Source: an uncultured Caldilineaceae bacterium (lineage in GTDB: Bacteria; Chloroflexota; Anaerolineae; 4572-78; J111). From it: a stretch of 33,689 nucleotides of DNA. Under the pieces are notes generated by a model. It worked only from the letters and a program-made list of their open reading frames with translations. It searched no databases and was not told the DNA's origin. Both the position numbers and the translations under genes were made by a program. Of this stretch, positions 1 through 7,725 are shown piece by piece; positions within the stretch are counted from its first letter, which is position 1; the number at the start of each line of letters is the position of its first letter. The stretch lies in NCBI GenBank assembly GCA_964505845.1, contig CAZDMM010000003.1, positions 2,139 through 35,827 of the forward strand, written 5' to 3'.

Positions 1-39
1 TTTTCCAATTGGCGACCTCAGGGCATGTTCAAAGTTCCA

Positions 40-85
40 CCTTCCCGGAAGCTGCATGCAAGCTTATTTGGAGCTTCCGGGAAGG
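40..85. repeat. Hairpin-forming inverted repeat, perfect 14-bp arms CCTTCCCGGAAGCT (40-53) and AGCTTCCGGGAAGG (72-85)
   Basis: Arms checked by hand as exact reverse complements. The core resembles AGCTTCCCGGAGGCT of the element at 22460-22474. Flanked by an 18-nt direct repeat, TTTTCCAATTGGCGACCT at 1-18 and TTTTCTAATTGGCGACCT at 109-126. Confidence 0.6.
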
Positions 86-135
86 TTTGCCAAATGGTCT
101 CTCAAAAATTTTCTAATTGGCGACCTTGCCAGAAA

Positions 136-164
136 TTGACATTTTTAGTATATTATAGTATATG
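136..164 (+). promoter_or_regulatory. Candidate sigma70-type promoter TTGACA-17 nt-TATATG upstream of the first THI5-like gene
   Basis: Perfect -35 hexamer at 136-141. A 4/6 -10 hexamer lies at 159-164 after a 17-nt spacer, inside an AT-rich island about 95 nt before the ATG at 258. Confidence 0.35.
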
Positions 165-189
165 TTATAAAATATATTTTATAACATAT
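160..189. promoter_or_regulatory. 30-bp perfect palindrome ATATGTTATAAAATATATTTTATAACATAT, candidate operator overlapping the -10 region
   Basis: All 15 base pairs of dyad symmetry verified by hand. Each half also reads as an extended -10-like TGTTATAAA. Confidence 0.6.
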
Positions 190-257
190 CAGTTGTCGTT
201 TAGCTTCTCTTCGTTCGTGCATCCAGAAACTTTCATTGATCGGAGCAAACTCTACGC

Positions 258-1175
258 ATGACCGCGCTCAAACTGCAGTTGGATTGGAAACCTAACGCTC
301 AATTTGCCGGGATTCTGCTGGCCCACCACCTGAACTGGTACAGAGAAGCCGGGATTGAGCTGGAGGTTGCGCCCTGGCAAAGCCACACCAACCCGGTGGC
401 TGCGCTTGACGCCCCGGGCAACGTCATTGCCAGCACCGAGGACAACCTGCTAATCCGGGCGCGGGCGGCCGGCCAGCCAGTCAAAGCCATTGGGGTGATG
501 ATGCAGTATTCGGCGATTGGCTGGATGGCGCTCAAAACGTCGGGTATCCGCCAGATGAGCGACCTGCGGGACAAACGGCTGGGTATCCACGGCGACGGCG
601 AGACGGTGGTGGATGTTGTGCTGGCCGGCCTGGGGATGAGCCGGAACGACCTGGACGTGGTGGAAGTGGGGTATGATTACGCCGGCCTGCTGCGCAGCGG
701 CGCTTTTGACGCCGTGCAATGCCTGGTGATGGTGGAGCCGCTGGAACTGGCCGAGCTGGGTTTTGAGCTGCAGGTGCTGCCGGCGTATGAGTCTGGCTAT
801 CAGGTTTACTCCCAGGTTTTAGCCACCACCGAGCGGCTTCTGGCCGCCGAACCGGAAGCGCTCACCCGTTTTCTGCGGGTTACGTTTGAGGGCTGGCGGC
901 AAGCTTTTTGGGAACCGCAGGAGGCCGGCCGGATCATTGCCGCTCACTACCTGCCGGAAACCAAGGCCGAATTGGAAACCCGCATGCTCCAGGCCATGCA
1001 GCCGGTCTTTGAAGGCAAGGTGGGGCTGGGCAGGCTCGGCTGGATGGAAAAAGCGCGTTGGGAGCAGAGCATCCGCTATCTGGCGCAGCACCGGCTGCTT
1101 GAGCGGCCGGTTTCGGCGGAAGAGGTGATGACGAACAGGTTGATGGAAGCGGTGTATGGGGGGCGTGGTGCGTAG
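258..1175 (+). CDS. NMT1/THI5-like (NitT/TauT-type binding-protein fold) protein without signal peptide
   Basis: 305-aa ORF. The N-terminus LKLQLDWKPNAQFAGILLAHHLNWYREAGIELEV is typical of the NMT1/THI5 family. No hydrophobic leader. GGAG lies 11 nt upstream of the ATG. Confidence 0.7.
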   Translation: MTALKLQLDWKPNAQFAGILLAHHLNWYREAGIELEVAPWQSHTNPVAALDAPGNVIASTEDNLLIRARAAGQPVKAIGVMMQYSAIGWMALKTSGIRQMSDLRDKRLGIHGDGETVVDVVLAGLGMSRNDLDVVEVGYDYAGLLRSGAFDAVQCLVMVEPLELAELGFELQVLPAYESGYQVYSQVLATTERLLAAEPEALTRFLRVTFEGWRQAFWEPQEAGRIIAAHYLPETKAELETRMLQAMQPVFEGKVGLGRLGWMEKARWEQSIRYLAQHRLLERPVSAEEVMTNRLMEAVYGGRGA

Positions 1176-1188
1176 TGCGTGGTGCGTA
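1163..1188. repeat. Short tandem GGTGCGTA/GTGCGT low-complexity repeat spanning the stop codon of the first gene
   Basis: GCGTGGTGCGTAGTGCGTGGTGCGTA followed by an A7 run. It supplies the last codons (GGRGA-stop) that are absent from the paralog, which ends VYQN. Confidence 0.5.
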
Positions 1189-1261
1189 AAAAAACGGAAT
1201 AGAGCCGCAGGCCCCCTGGTGGCGCAACACGCCAAAGGTATTAGCTTTGGTTTGAGGCAGA

Positions 1262-2170
1262 ATGATTACCCTTAAACTCCAACTCGATTGGAAACCGAAC
1301 GCCCAATTTGCCGGGATTCTGCTGGCGCATTACCTGGGGCGATACCAACAGGCCGGCATCAACCTGGTGATTACACCGGGGCCGCTGCCGGCGAGTCCCT
1401 TGAGGGGGCTTGAGTCCGCCGAGAACGTGATTATTTGCGCCGACGACAATTTAATCATCCAGGCGCGGGCCGCCGGGCAGCCGGTCAAAGCGGTTGCGGC
1501 CATGCTGCAATACTCAGCCCTGGGCTGGATGGCCCTTGCCGAGTCAGGCATTAAGACGATGACGGATCTCAAAGGCAAGCGGCTGGGCATCCACAAAGAT
1601 GGTGAGATAGCTTTGGACATCGCCCTGGCTCATTTTGGCCTCAGCCGGGCCGAGGTGGAAACCGTAGACTTTGGCCTGAATTACGCCGAGGTTCTGCGCA
1701 GCGGCCAGTGTGACGCTATCCAGGGCTTTGTCATCGCCGAGCCGCTGGAATTGGAGGAAATGGGGCTGGAGCTGCAAGTTTTCCCGGCTTATGAGTGGAG
1801 TTATGAGGCTTATGCCCAGGTGTTGGTCACCACCGAGCGATTACTCGCCACCCAACCAGACATTCTCAGGTGTTTTCTACAGATTACTTTCGATGGCTGG
1901 CGGCGCGCGTTACACAATCCGCTTGAGGCCGGCCGGATTATTGCGGCCCACTATTTAAGCGGAACCAGAGCGGAGTTAGAGATGCTCAGTCTGCTGGCGC
2001 TGCGACCATTTTTGGAAGGGAAAGTGGGCCAGGCCCGGTTAGGCTGGATGGAAAAAAGTAGATGGGAACGGAGCATTGGCTATCTACTTGATTACGGGGT
2101 GCTTGACAAACGCCTGGCGGCGGAAGAAGTAATGACCAACGCCCTGATGGAGGCAGTGTATCAAAATTAA
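1262..2170 (+). CDS. NMT1/THI5-like protein, tandem paralog of 258..1175
   Basis: 302-aa ORF collinear with the upstream gene (LKLQLDWKPNAQFAGILLAH..., ...EEVMTNxLMEAVY). No signal peptide. GAGG lies upstream of the ATG. Confidence 0.7.
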   Translation: MITLKLQLDWKPNAQFAGILLAHYLGRYQQAGINLVITPGPLPASPLRGLESAENVIICADDNLIIQARAAGQPVKAVAAMLQYSALGWMALAESGIKTMTDLKGKRLGIHKDGEIALDIALAHFGLSRAEVETVDFGLNYAEVLRSGQCDAIQGFVIAEPLELEEMGLELQVFPAYEWSYEAYAQVLVTTERLLATQPDILRCFLQITFDGWRRALHNPLEAGRIIAAHYLSGTRAELEMLSLLALRPFLEGKVGQARLGWMEKSRWERSIGYLLDYGVLDKRLAAEEVMTNALMEAVYQN

Positions 2171-2269
2171 TTCACAGCCGGGAAAGGAGGGGTAGTTTCC
2201 ACATAGCGTTAAGCATCTATGTTTGCCCGATCTAAAATTACTCACCCATTAAAAATAACAGGAGGAACG

Positions 2270-4162
2270 ATGAAGAAACTAAATAGGGTTGTTCTTTTGC
2301 TGGCCTTGATGCTGGCGCTGTTGTTCCTAAACCAGGCTGTTTTAGCTGCTCCACCGGCGCAGGGCGGCGGTCAGGAGTACACCGTTCAGGCGGATGACTG
2401 GCTGAGCAAACTGGCCGAGAAATTTTACGGCGATGTGACCGCCTGGCCGGCCATTTGGGAAGCCACCAACGCCAAAGCCGGCGAAGATGCCACATTTAGC
2501 AAAATTGAAGACCCCAACATTATCGAAGTAGGCCAAAAGTTGTGGGTTCCCGAATCGCAAGAAGCCGCAGCAACGCTGGCCAAGGTCGGAGCGCAAGCGC
2601 CGGGACCAAAGGGTGAAGTTATTGCCTCGCCGGGCACGCTGCAAAAGATCTTGCAGCAGGGATTCTTTACCTTTGGCCTGGAAGCCCAATATCGCCCCTT
2701 TGAATTCCGCGATGAGAACGAAAACATCGTGGGCTATGATATTGACATTGCCAACGAGATGGGCAAGCGGCTGGGGGTTGAGGCGCGGGCGGTGGATACC
2801 AGTTGGCCCACCGTCATCCAGACCCTGTACGATGGCGGCTTTGACTTTATTTTGGGCGGCATGACGGCGACCGAAGAGCGGTACAAGCGGGTCAACTTTT
2901 CGGTACCGTATATGGATGCTGCCTCAGGTTTGATCGTGCGGGCCGGCGAAGGCATCAAAGACCGCCCGGATTTGAACGGCAAGATTGTCGGCGCGGGCGA
3001 GGGCACGCCTTCGGTGCAGCAGTTGGAGATCACCGCCGAGGAGCTGGGCATCCAGTACGCCGAAGACATCAAAACCTACGACGATGACGCTGCCGCCTAC
3101 GAAGCCATGAAGGCCAAGCGGGTGGACGCCTACGCCAGTTCGATGGTCAGCCTGCTGGAGTTTGCCAAAGCCAACCCCGGCTACGAGGTCATCCCCTTTA
3201 AATCGGAGAAGTGGGCCGCCGAGTGGAGCGTGGCTGCTTTTCGCAAGGAAGATGAGCCGCTGCGGGCGGTGTTCAACGACTTGATGGTGCAGATGAAGGC
3301 GGACGGCAGCCTGGGCCAGCTCCAGGAAAAGTGGTTTGGCCGCACCTTTGACACGCCCAACGCCCCGCCCACCTGGCCCAGCGGCCTGGAGCCGGAGGTG
3401 AAGGCTTCGCCCGGCACGCTGGAAAAAATTCTGCGGGAAAAGAAGTTCACCTTTGGCCTGGAAGCCCAGTATCGCCCCTTTGAATTCCGCGATGAGAACG
3501 AAAACATCGTGGGCTACGATATTGACATTGCCAATGAAATTGGGGCGCGCCTGGGCGGAGTGCAGGCCCAGCCGGTGGATACCAGTTGGCCCACCGTCAT
3601 CCAGACCCTGTACGATGGCGGCTTTGACTTTATTTTGGGCGGCATGACGGCGACCGAAGAGCGGTACAAGCGGGTCAACTTTTCGGTACCGTATATGGAT
3701 GCTGCCTCAGGTTTGATCGTGCGGGCCGGCGAAGGCATCAAAGACCGCCCGGATTTGAACGGCAAGATTGTCGGCGCGGGCGAGGGCACGCCTTCGGTGC
3801 AGCAGTTGGAGATCACCGCCGAGGAGCTGGGCATCCAGTACGCCGAAGACATCAAAACCTACGACGATGACGCTGCCGCCTACGAAGCCATGAAGGCCAA
3901 GCGGGTGGACGCCTACGCCAGTTCGATGGTCAGCCTGCTGGAGTTTGCCAAAGCCAACCCCGGCTACGAGGTCATCCCCTTTAAATCCAGCCGGTGGGCG
4001 GCCGAGTACAGCGCTGCGGCCTTCCGCAAAGAGGATATTCCGCTGCGGGCCGTCTTTAATGATATTCTGGTGCAAATGAAGGCGGACGGTACCCTGGCCA
4101 AGCTGCAAGAAAAGTGGTTCGGCCAGTCGTTCGAGACGCCGAACGTGCCGCCGGCGTGGTGA
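2270..4162 (+). CDS. Secreted LysM-domain protein fused to two tandem polar-amino-acid ABC substrate-binding domains (SBP_bac_3 type)
   Basis: Start moved to the ATG at 2270 (MKKLNRVVLLLALM...) with AGGAGG at 2260-2265. The signal peptide ends LAAPPA. LysM motif YTVQADDWLSKLAEKFYGD...IIEVGQKLWVP at about 2378-2551. It is followed by two roughly 255-aa binding domains (FTFGLEAQYRPFEFRDENENIVGYDIDIANE...). Confidence 0.8.
   Translation: MKKLNRVVLLLALMLALLFLNQAVLAAPPAQGGGQEYTVQADDWLSKLAEKFYGDVTAWPAIWEATNAKAGEDATFSKIEDPNIIEVGQKLWVPESQEAAATLAKVGAQAPGPKGEVIASPGTLQKILQQGFFTFGLEAQYRPFEFRDENENIVGYDIDIANEMGKRLGVEARAVDTSWPTVIQTLYDGGFDFILGGMTATEERYKRVNFSVPYMDAASGLIVRAGEGIKDRPDLNGKIVGAGEGTPSVQQLEITAEELGIQYAEDIKTYDDDAAAYEAMKAKRVDAYASSMVSLLEFAKANPGYEVIPFKSEKWAAEWSVAAFRKEDEPLRAVFNDLMVQMKADGSLGQLQEKWFGRTFDTPNAPPTWPSGLEPEVKASPGTLEKILREKKFTFGLEAQYRPFEFRDENENIVGYDIDIANEIGARLGGVQAQPVDTSWPTVIQTLYDGGFDFILGGMTATEERYKRVNFSVPYMDAASGLIVRAGEGIKDRPDLNGKIVGAGEGTPSVQQLEITAEELGIQYAEDIKTYDDDAAAYEAMKAKRVDAYASSMVSLLEFAKANPGYEVIPFKSSRWAAEYSAAAFRKEDIPLRAVFNDILVQMKADGTLAKLQEKWFGQSFETPNVPPAW
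2791..3204 (+). repeat. Copy 1 of a 414-bp exactly duplicated segment inside the binding-protein gene
   Basis: Identical base for base to 3574-3987 by direct comparison. The flanking parts of the two domains are diverged, with a one-codon indel upstream (offset 780 becomes 783). Confidence 0.85.
3574..3987 (+). repeat. Copy 2 of the 414-bp exactly duplicated segment
   Basis: See 2791-3204. Confidence 0.85.
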
Positions 4163-4231
4163 GATAAGGGTAGCAGGTTGCAGGGTAACAAGTGACATAC
4201 GAGATGCTATAAGTTAGCCAGAAAAGTTTTC

Positions 4232-4296
4232 GCCGGGATTTGGGGATTAGGGGATTAAAAATAAAGAGAAAAATCCCCAAATCTCCTAATCCCGGC
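4232..4296. repeat. Intergenic hairpin, 25-nt arms (GCCGGGATTTGGGGATTAGGGGATT / AATCCCCAAATCTCCTAATCCCGGC) with a 15-nt A-rich loop
   Basis: Hand pairing gives 22 Watson-Crick pairs, 1 G-U and 2 mismatches. It sits between the binding-protein gene and the first permease gene. Confidence 0.7.
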
Positions 4297-4371
4297 TCAC
4301 CAAGTGTTGGAAAAAATTTATCTGGATGAGTATAACTGTGACTTGCTACCTATTTAGAGGAAAGGGATATT

Positions 4372-5073
4372 ATGGATTTTCCTTTCATGCTTGAGATACT
4401 GCCCCGGCTGCTGCGTGGCCTGGTGCTGACCATCCAGGTGAGCGTGCTGGCCCTGCTGCTGGGCACGGTGATTGGCATCGCCCTGGGGATTGTGCGGATC
4501 ATCGGCCCGCGCCCGGTGCGGCTGGGGATAAGCTGGTACGTAACGCTCATCCGGGGCACGCCGGCCATCTTCCATATTTACGCGGCCTCGTTGTTATTAC
4601 CCAAAATTGGCGTTGACCTGTCGGTGTTTTGGGTGGGCCTGATTGCCCTGACCTTTAACACGGTTGGCTACCAGGTTGAGATTGTCCGGGCGGCCCTGGA
4701 ATCCATTGATTACGGCCAGCGGGAGGCGGCGGCCTCCATCGGCATGACCAATTGGGCGGCCATGCGCCTGATTATTCTACCCCAGGCCGCCCGGCGTATG
4801 ATCCCGCCCCTGACCAACGAGCTGGCTAACCTGATCAAAGCCTCTTCGGCTTTGTCGGTGATTGCGGTGCTGGAGATGACCAAGATTGCCAACTCCATTC
4901 GGGCGGCCACCTTCAAATCGCCGGAGGTTTACGTGTTGGTGGCAATTTTGTACTTCATCGTCATTCAACTGTTGATCTGGGGGGCCAATTACCTGGAGCA
5001 GAATGTTTTCAACTACCAGCGAGCCGAACGAAGGGCCGCTGCGGCCGGTACGGCTCCAATCCAGGCCAGATGA
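4372..5073 (+). CDS. Polar amino-acid ABC transporter permease (His/Glu/Gln/Arg/opine family)
   Basis: 233-aa multi-TM ORF with the EAA-loop motif IDYGQREAAASIGMTNWAAMRLIILPQA. Confidence 0.85.
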   Translation: MDFPFMLEILPRLLRGLVLTIQVSVLALLLGTVIGIALGIVRIIGPRPVRLGISWYVTLIRGTPAIFHIYAASLLLPKIGVDLSVFWVGLIALTFNTVGYQVEIVRAALESIDYGQREAAASIGMTNWAAMRLIILPQAARRMIPPLTNELANLIKASSALSVIAVLEMTKIANSIRAATFKSPEVYVLVAILYFIVIQLLIWGANYLEQNVFNYQRAERRAAAAGTAPIQAR

Positions 5074-5080
5074 GGTCGTT

Positions 5081-5863
5081 ATGCCTGAAAATAACACCAT
5101 TCTCAGAATTGAACATCTCTCCAAAAGTTTTAGTACCACCCAGGCCCTGATTGACGCCAACCTGGAGGTAAAAGCCGGTGAAGTAGTGGTGTTGATCGGC
5201 CCATCCGGCTCCGGCAAGAGCACGCTGCTGCGCTGCATCAACTACCTGGAGACGCCCACCCAGGGCCGCATCTGGCTGGACGGCGAGTATATCGGCGGGC
5301 GGCTGGGTGGGGATAGCCGCTGGGTGGAAGATAACTCCAGCGAATTGGCCCGCAAGCGGCAAAAGGTCGGCATGGTCTTCCAACTGTTCAATTTGTTTGC
5401 CCACCTGAGCGCGCTCGATAACATCGCCATCGGGCCGCACAAGGTTTTGGGCAGGCCCAAAGCGGAATGTCGAGAATTGGCCCAGCAGCTTCTCAAAAAA
5501 GTTCACCTGGCCGAACACGGCCACAAGTTACCCTTCCAGATGTCGGGCGGGCAGCAGCAGCGGGTAGCCATTGCCCGCGCCCTGGCGATGAACCCCAAGC
5601 TGATGCTCTTTGACGAGCCGACCTCGGCCCTCGACCCCAAGCTGACCCACGAAGTGCTGGAAGTGATCCAGGATTTGGCCGAGGAAGGCATGACCATGCT
5701 GGTGGTGACGCACGAGCTTAATTTTGCCCGCAAGGTGGCCGATACCGTAGTTTACCTGGAAGAGGCCCGGATTGTGCAGGCCGGCGGCCCGGAAGAAATC
5801 TTTGCCCACTCGACCAACGAGCAGGTGCGTAAATTTTTGTCGTACTATATGTGGGAGAGTTGA
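5081..5863 (+). CDS. Polar amino-acid ABC transporter ATP-binding protein
   Basis: Start moved to the ATG at 5081 ([17 protein letters not shown]), 8 nt after the permease stop. Walker [10 protein letters not shown], signature [15 protein letters not shown], Walker [13 protein letters not shown]. Confidence 0.9.
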   Translation: MPENNTILRIEHLSKSFSTTQALIDANLEVKAGEVVVLIGPSGSGKSTLLRCINYLETPTQGRIWLDGEYIGGRLGGDSRWVEDNSSELARKRQKVGMVFQLFNLFAHLSALDNIAIGPHKVLGRPKAECRELAQQLLKKVHLAEHGHKLPFQMSGGQQQRVAIARALAMNPKLMLFDEPTSALDPKLTHEVLEVIQDLAEEGMTMLVVTHELNFARKVADTVVYLEEARIVQAGGPEEIFAHSTNEQVRKFLSYYMWES

Positions 5864-5896
5864 GGGGAAGGATGGAGGGTTGGAGGGTTGGAAGAT

Positions 5897-5925
5897 TGGA
5901 AGGCTGGGTTTTTTCCAGCCTTCCA
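5897..5925. repeat. Intergenic hairpin, perfect 11-bp stem TGGAAGGCTGG / CCAGCCTTCCA with loop GTTTTTT, embedded in a GGTTGGAGGG/GGAAGG low-complexity repeat (about 5866-5940)
   Basis: Arms verified as exact reverse complements. It lies directly after the ATPase stop codon. Confidence 0.65.
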
Positions 5926-5973
5926 GCCTTCCCTTCTTCCTATTTAATTACGTTGCAAATGGATAACTGACAC

Positions 5974-6657
5974 ATGCTTGACTTCACGTTCATGCTCGAC
6001 ATTATCCCCAACCTGCTGCGGGCGGTGTGGGTAACGATTGAGATCAGCTTTCTGGCCGTTATTTTTGGCACGGTAGCCGGGGTTTTCCTGGGCAGTGTGC
6101 GGGTGCTCGGCCCGCGCCCGGTGCAGCTTTTGATCCAGGGGCTGGTCAACTTTATTCGCGGCGTGCCGCAATTGGTCATCATTCTCATCGTTTACTACGT
6201 GCTGCCCAACTTTGGCCTGGTGTTTGACGAATTTTGGACGGGCGTGATTGCGCTGACCATCATCGCCGCCGGCTATGAGGTAGAAATTGTGCGGGCCGCA
6301 GTCGAATCCATTGACAAAGGGCAGCGCGAGGCGGCGCTGTCCATCGGCATGAACCCGACCATGACCTTTACCCAAATCGTCTTGCCCCAGGCCGCCCGGC
6401 GCATGATCCCGCCCATCACCAACGAACTGGCCAACACGGTCAAAAGTTCGGCCCTGCTGTCGGTGATTGCCGTTAATGAGCTGCTGAAGATTGGCAACGG
6501 TATCATCACCCGCACCTTTTACGTGTACGAGGTGCTGATTGAAATGGCTATTTTGTACCTCCTGGTCATCGGCTTTTTGCTGTGGATTTCAAATTACCTG
6601 GAAAACCGGGTTTTTGCTTTTGGCCGGAGCGCAGTCTTAAGCCAGGAGGCCAGGTAG
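5974..6657 (+). CDS. Second polar amino-acid ABC transporter permease
   Basis: 227-aa multi-TM ORF, paralogous to 4372..5073. EAA-loop motif IDKGQREAALSIGMNPTMTFTQIVLPQA. Confidence 0.85.
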   Translation: MLDFTFMLDIIPNLLRAVWVTIEISFLAVIFGTVAGVFLGSVRVLGPRPVQLLIQGLVNFIRGVPQLVIILIVYYVLPNFGLVFDEFWTGVIALTIIAAGYEVEIVRAAVESIDKGQREAALSIGMNPTMTFTQIVLPQAARRMIPPITNELANTVKSSALLSVIAVNELLKIGNGIITRTFYVYEVLIEMAILYLLVIGFLLWISNYLENRVFAFGRSAVLSQEAR

Positions 6658-6692
6658 TCGCTGTATCAAATCTCTATTTTCTCAGGAGGGGT

Positions 6693-7562
6693 ATGAGCCT
6701 AAACCAACTCAATAACGGTATTCAAAGTAAACCTATCGAGGGCTTCACCTGGCCCGAAGGGAAACGTTGTGCGGTGGCCATTGGCTGGCATGTGGATGCG
6801 GAGTCTGGCCCCCTGGCCAGCGACCCGCGCAACAAAGACCATCTCAATGCCTTATCCGAAGGGGCCTACGGCATCTCAACCGCGATTCCGCGCATTTTAG
6901 CCATGCACGCCGCGTTGGAAATACCGGGTACCTTTTTTGTGCCCGGCTATGTGGCCGACCTCCACCCAACCGCCGTCAAAGCCATCACCGACGCCGGGCA
7001 CGAGGTGGGGCATCATGGCTACTTGCATGAAAACGTCCTCTCTTTGAGTGTGAAGGATGAGAGAAACGTTTTTCAACAGGGTTACGAGGCGCTGCAGCGG
7101 GCGACCGGCCGGGCGCCTGTAGGGTGGAGCGCGCCCTGGTGGGGCGTCCGCCAGAATACAGTAGAATTATTGAGCGAGCGCGGCCTCCTGTACGATTGCA
7201 GCTTGATGGAATTTGATACCCCCTACCTCCTTTCCACCAAAGCCGGCGACTTAATCGAGCTGCCCATCAGCCCGGTGTTGGATGACTGGGCTTTGTACGG
7301 CATGTCGCTATCGCCTGATGGCGGGGGCGGGGTCAACACGACGGCGGAGGTAGCCTATCAAACCTGGAAAGAAGAGTTTGACGGCATGCGCCGCTTTGGC
7401 TGCTTTTTTACCACCACCTTTCATCCCAACCTCACCGGCCGGCCGGGGCGGCTGAATATGATGTATCGTTTAATTGAATATATGAAATCTTTTGATGATG
7501 TGTGGTGGGCCACCTGTGAACAGGTAGCGCGGCATGTTCAGGCCACCCTGTCCAAAAGGTAA
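6693..7562 (+). CDS. Polysaccharide deacetylase (NodB homology) family protein, cytoplasmic
   Basis: Start moved to the ATG at 6693 (MSLNQLNN...) with AGGAGG at 6684-6689. Motifs WHVDAES and HEVGHHGYLH plus general similarity to NodB/PuuE-like deacetylases. No signal peptide. Confidence 0.7.
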   Translation: MSLNQLNNGIQSKPIEGFTWPEGKRCAVAIGWHVDAESGPLASDPRNKDHLNALSEGAYGISTAIPRILAMHAALEIPGTFFVPGYVADLHPTAVKAITDAGHEVGHHGYLHENVLSLSVKDERNVFQQGYEALQRATGRAPVGWSAPWWGVRQNTVELLSERGLLYDCSLMEFDTPYLLSTKAGDLIELPISPVLDDWALYGMSLSPDGGGGVNTTAEVAYQTWKEEFDGMRRFGCFFTTTFHPNLTGRPGRLNMMYRLIEYMKSFDDVWWATCEQVARHVQATLSKR

Positions 7563-7603
7563 GGAACGTTCACGAGCCTGTGGCACGCCACCAGCGATAA
7601 AAG

Positions 7604-7680
7604 TGTCATTGCGAGGCCGTAGGCCGAAGCAATCTCCGCTCCGAGGTGGGAGACTGCTTCGCCTGCGGCTCGCAGTGACA
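7604..7680. repeat. Long imperfect intergenic hairpin with arms of about 33 nt (TGTCATTGCGAGGCCGTAGGCCGAAGCAATCTCC / GGAGACTGCTTCGCCTGCGGCTCGCAGTGACA)
   Basis: Hand alignment of arm 1 to the reverse complement of arm 2 gives about 30 pairs including 2 G-U, 2 single-nt bulges and 1 mismatch. It sits between the deacetylase and the next operon. Confidence 0.7.
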
Positions 7681-7725
7681 TGATAGCTATTTTCATAGCA
7701 GATTTTTAAAGTCAGGAGGAGAAAT

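Noticed and set aside
143-189. Possible dif/Xer recombination site, because ATATGTTATAA resembles the XerD arm TTATGTTAAAT
   Set aside because: The arm orientation relative to the centre is inverted compared with dif. The would-be XerC arm and central hexamer do not fit the consensus, and the site is a perfect palindrome, unlike dif.
1-257. TPP riboswitch upstream of the THI5-like genes
   Set aside because: No CTGAGA / ACCTGATCTGG-type conserved thi-box elements or plausible multi-stem fold are visible. The region is dominated by the hairpin and the AT-rich palindrome.
25-261. 78-aa ORF spanning the first intergenic region
   Set aside because: It runs through a hairpin repeat and the AT-rich 30-bp palindrome/promoter region. 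It has no RBS and a low-complexity translation, so it is most likely non-coding.
2219-6692. Upstream ORF-track starts at 2219, 5003 and 6582 for the binding protein, ATPase and deacetylase
   Set aside because: In each case an internal ATG (2270, 5081, 6693) has a strong Shine-Dalgarno sequence or a tight junction. It also removes overlap with the preceding gene or non-native N-terminal extensions.
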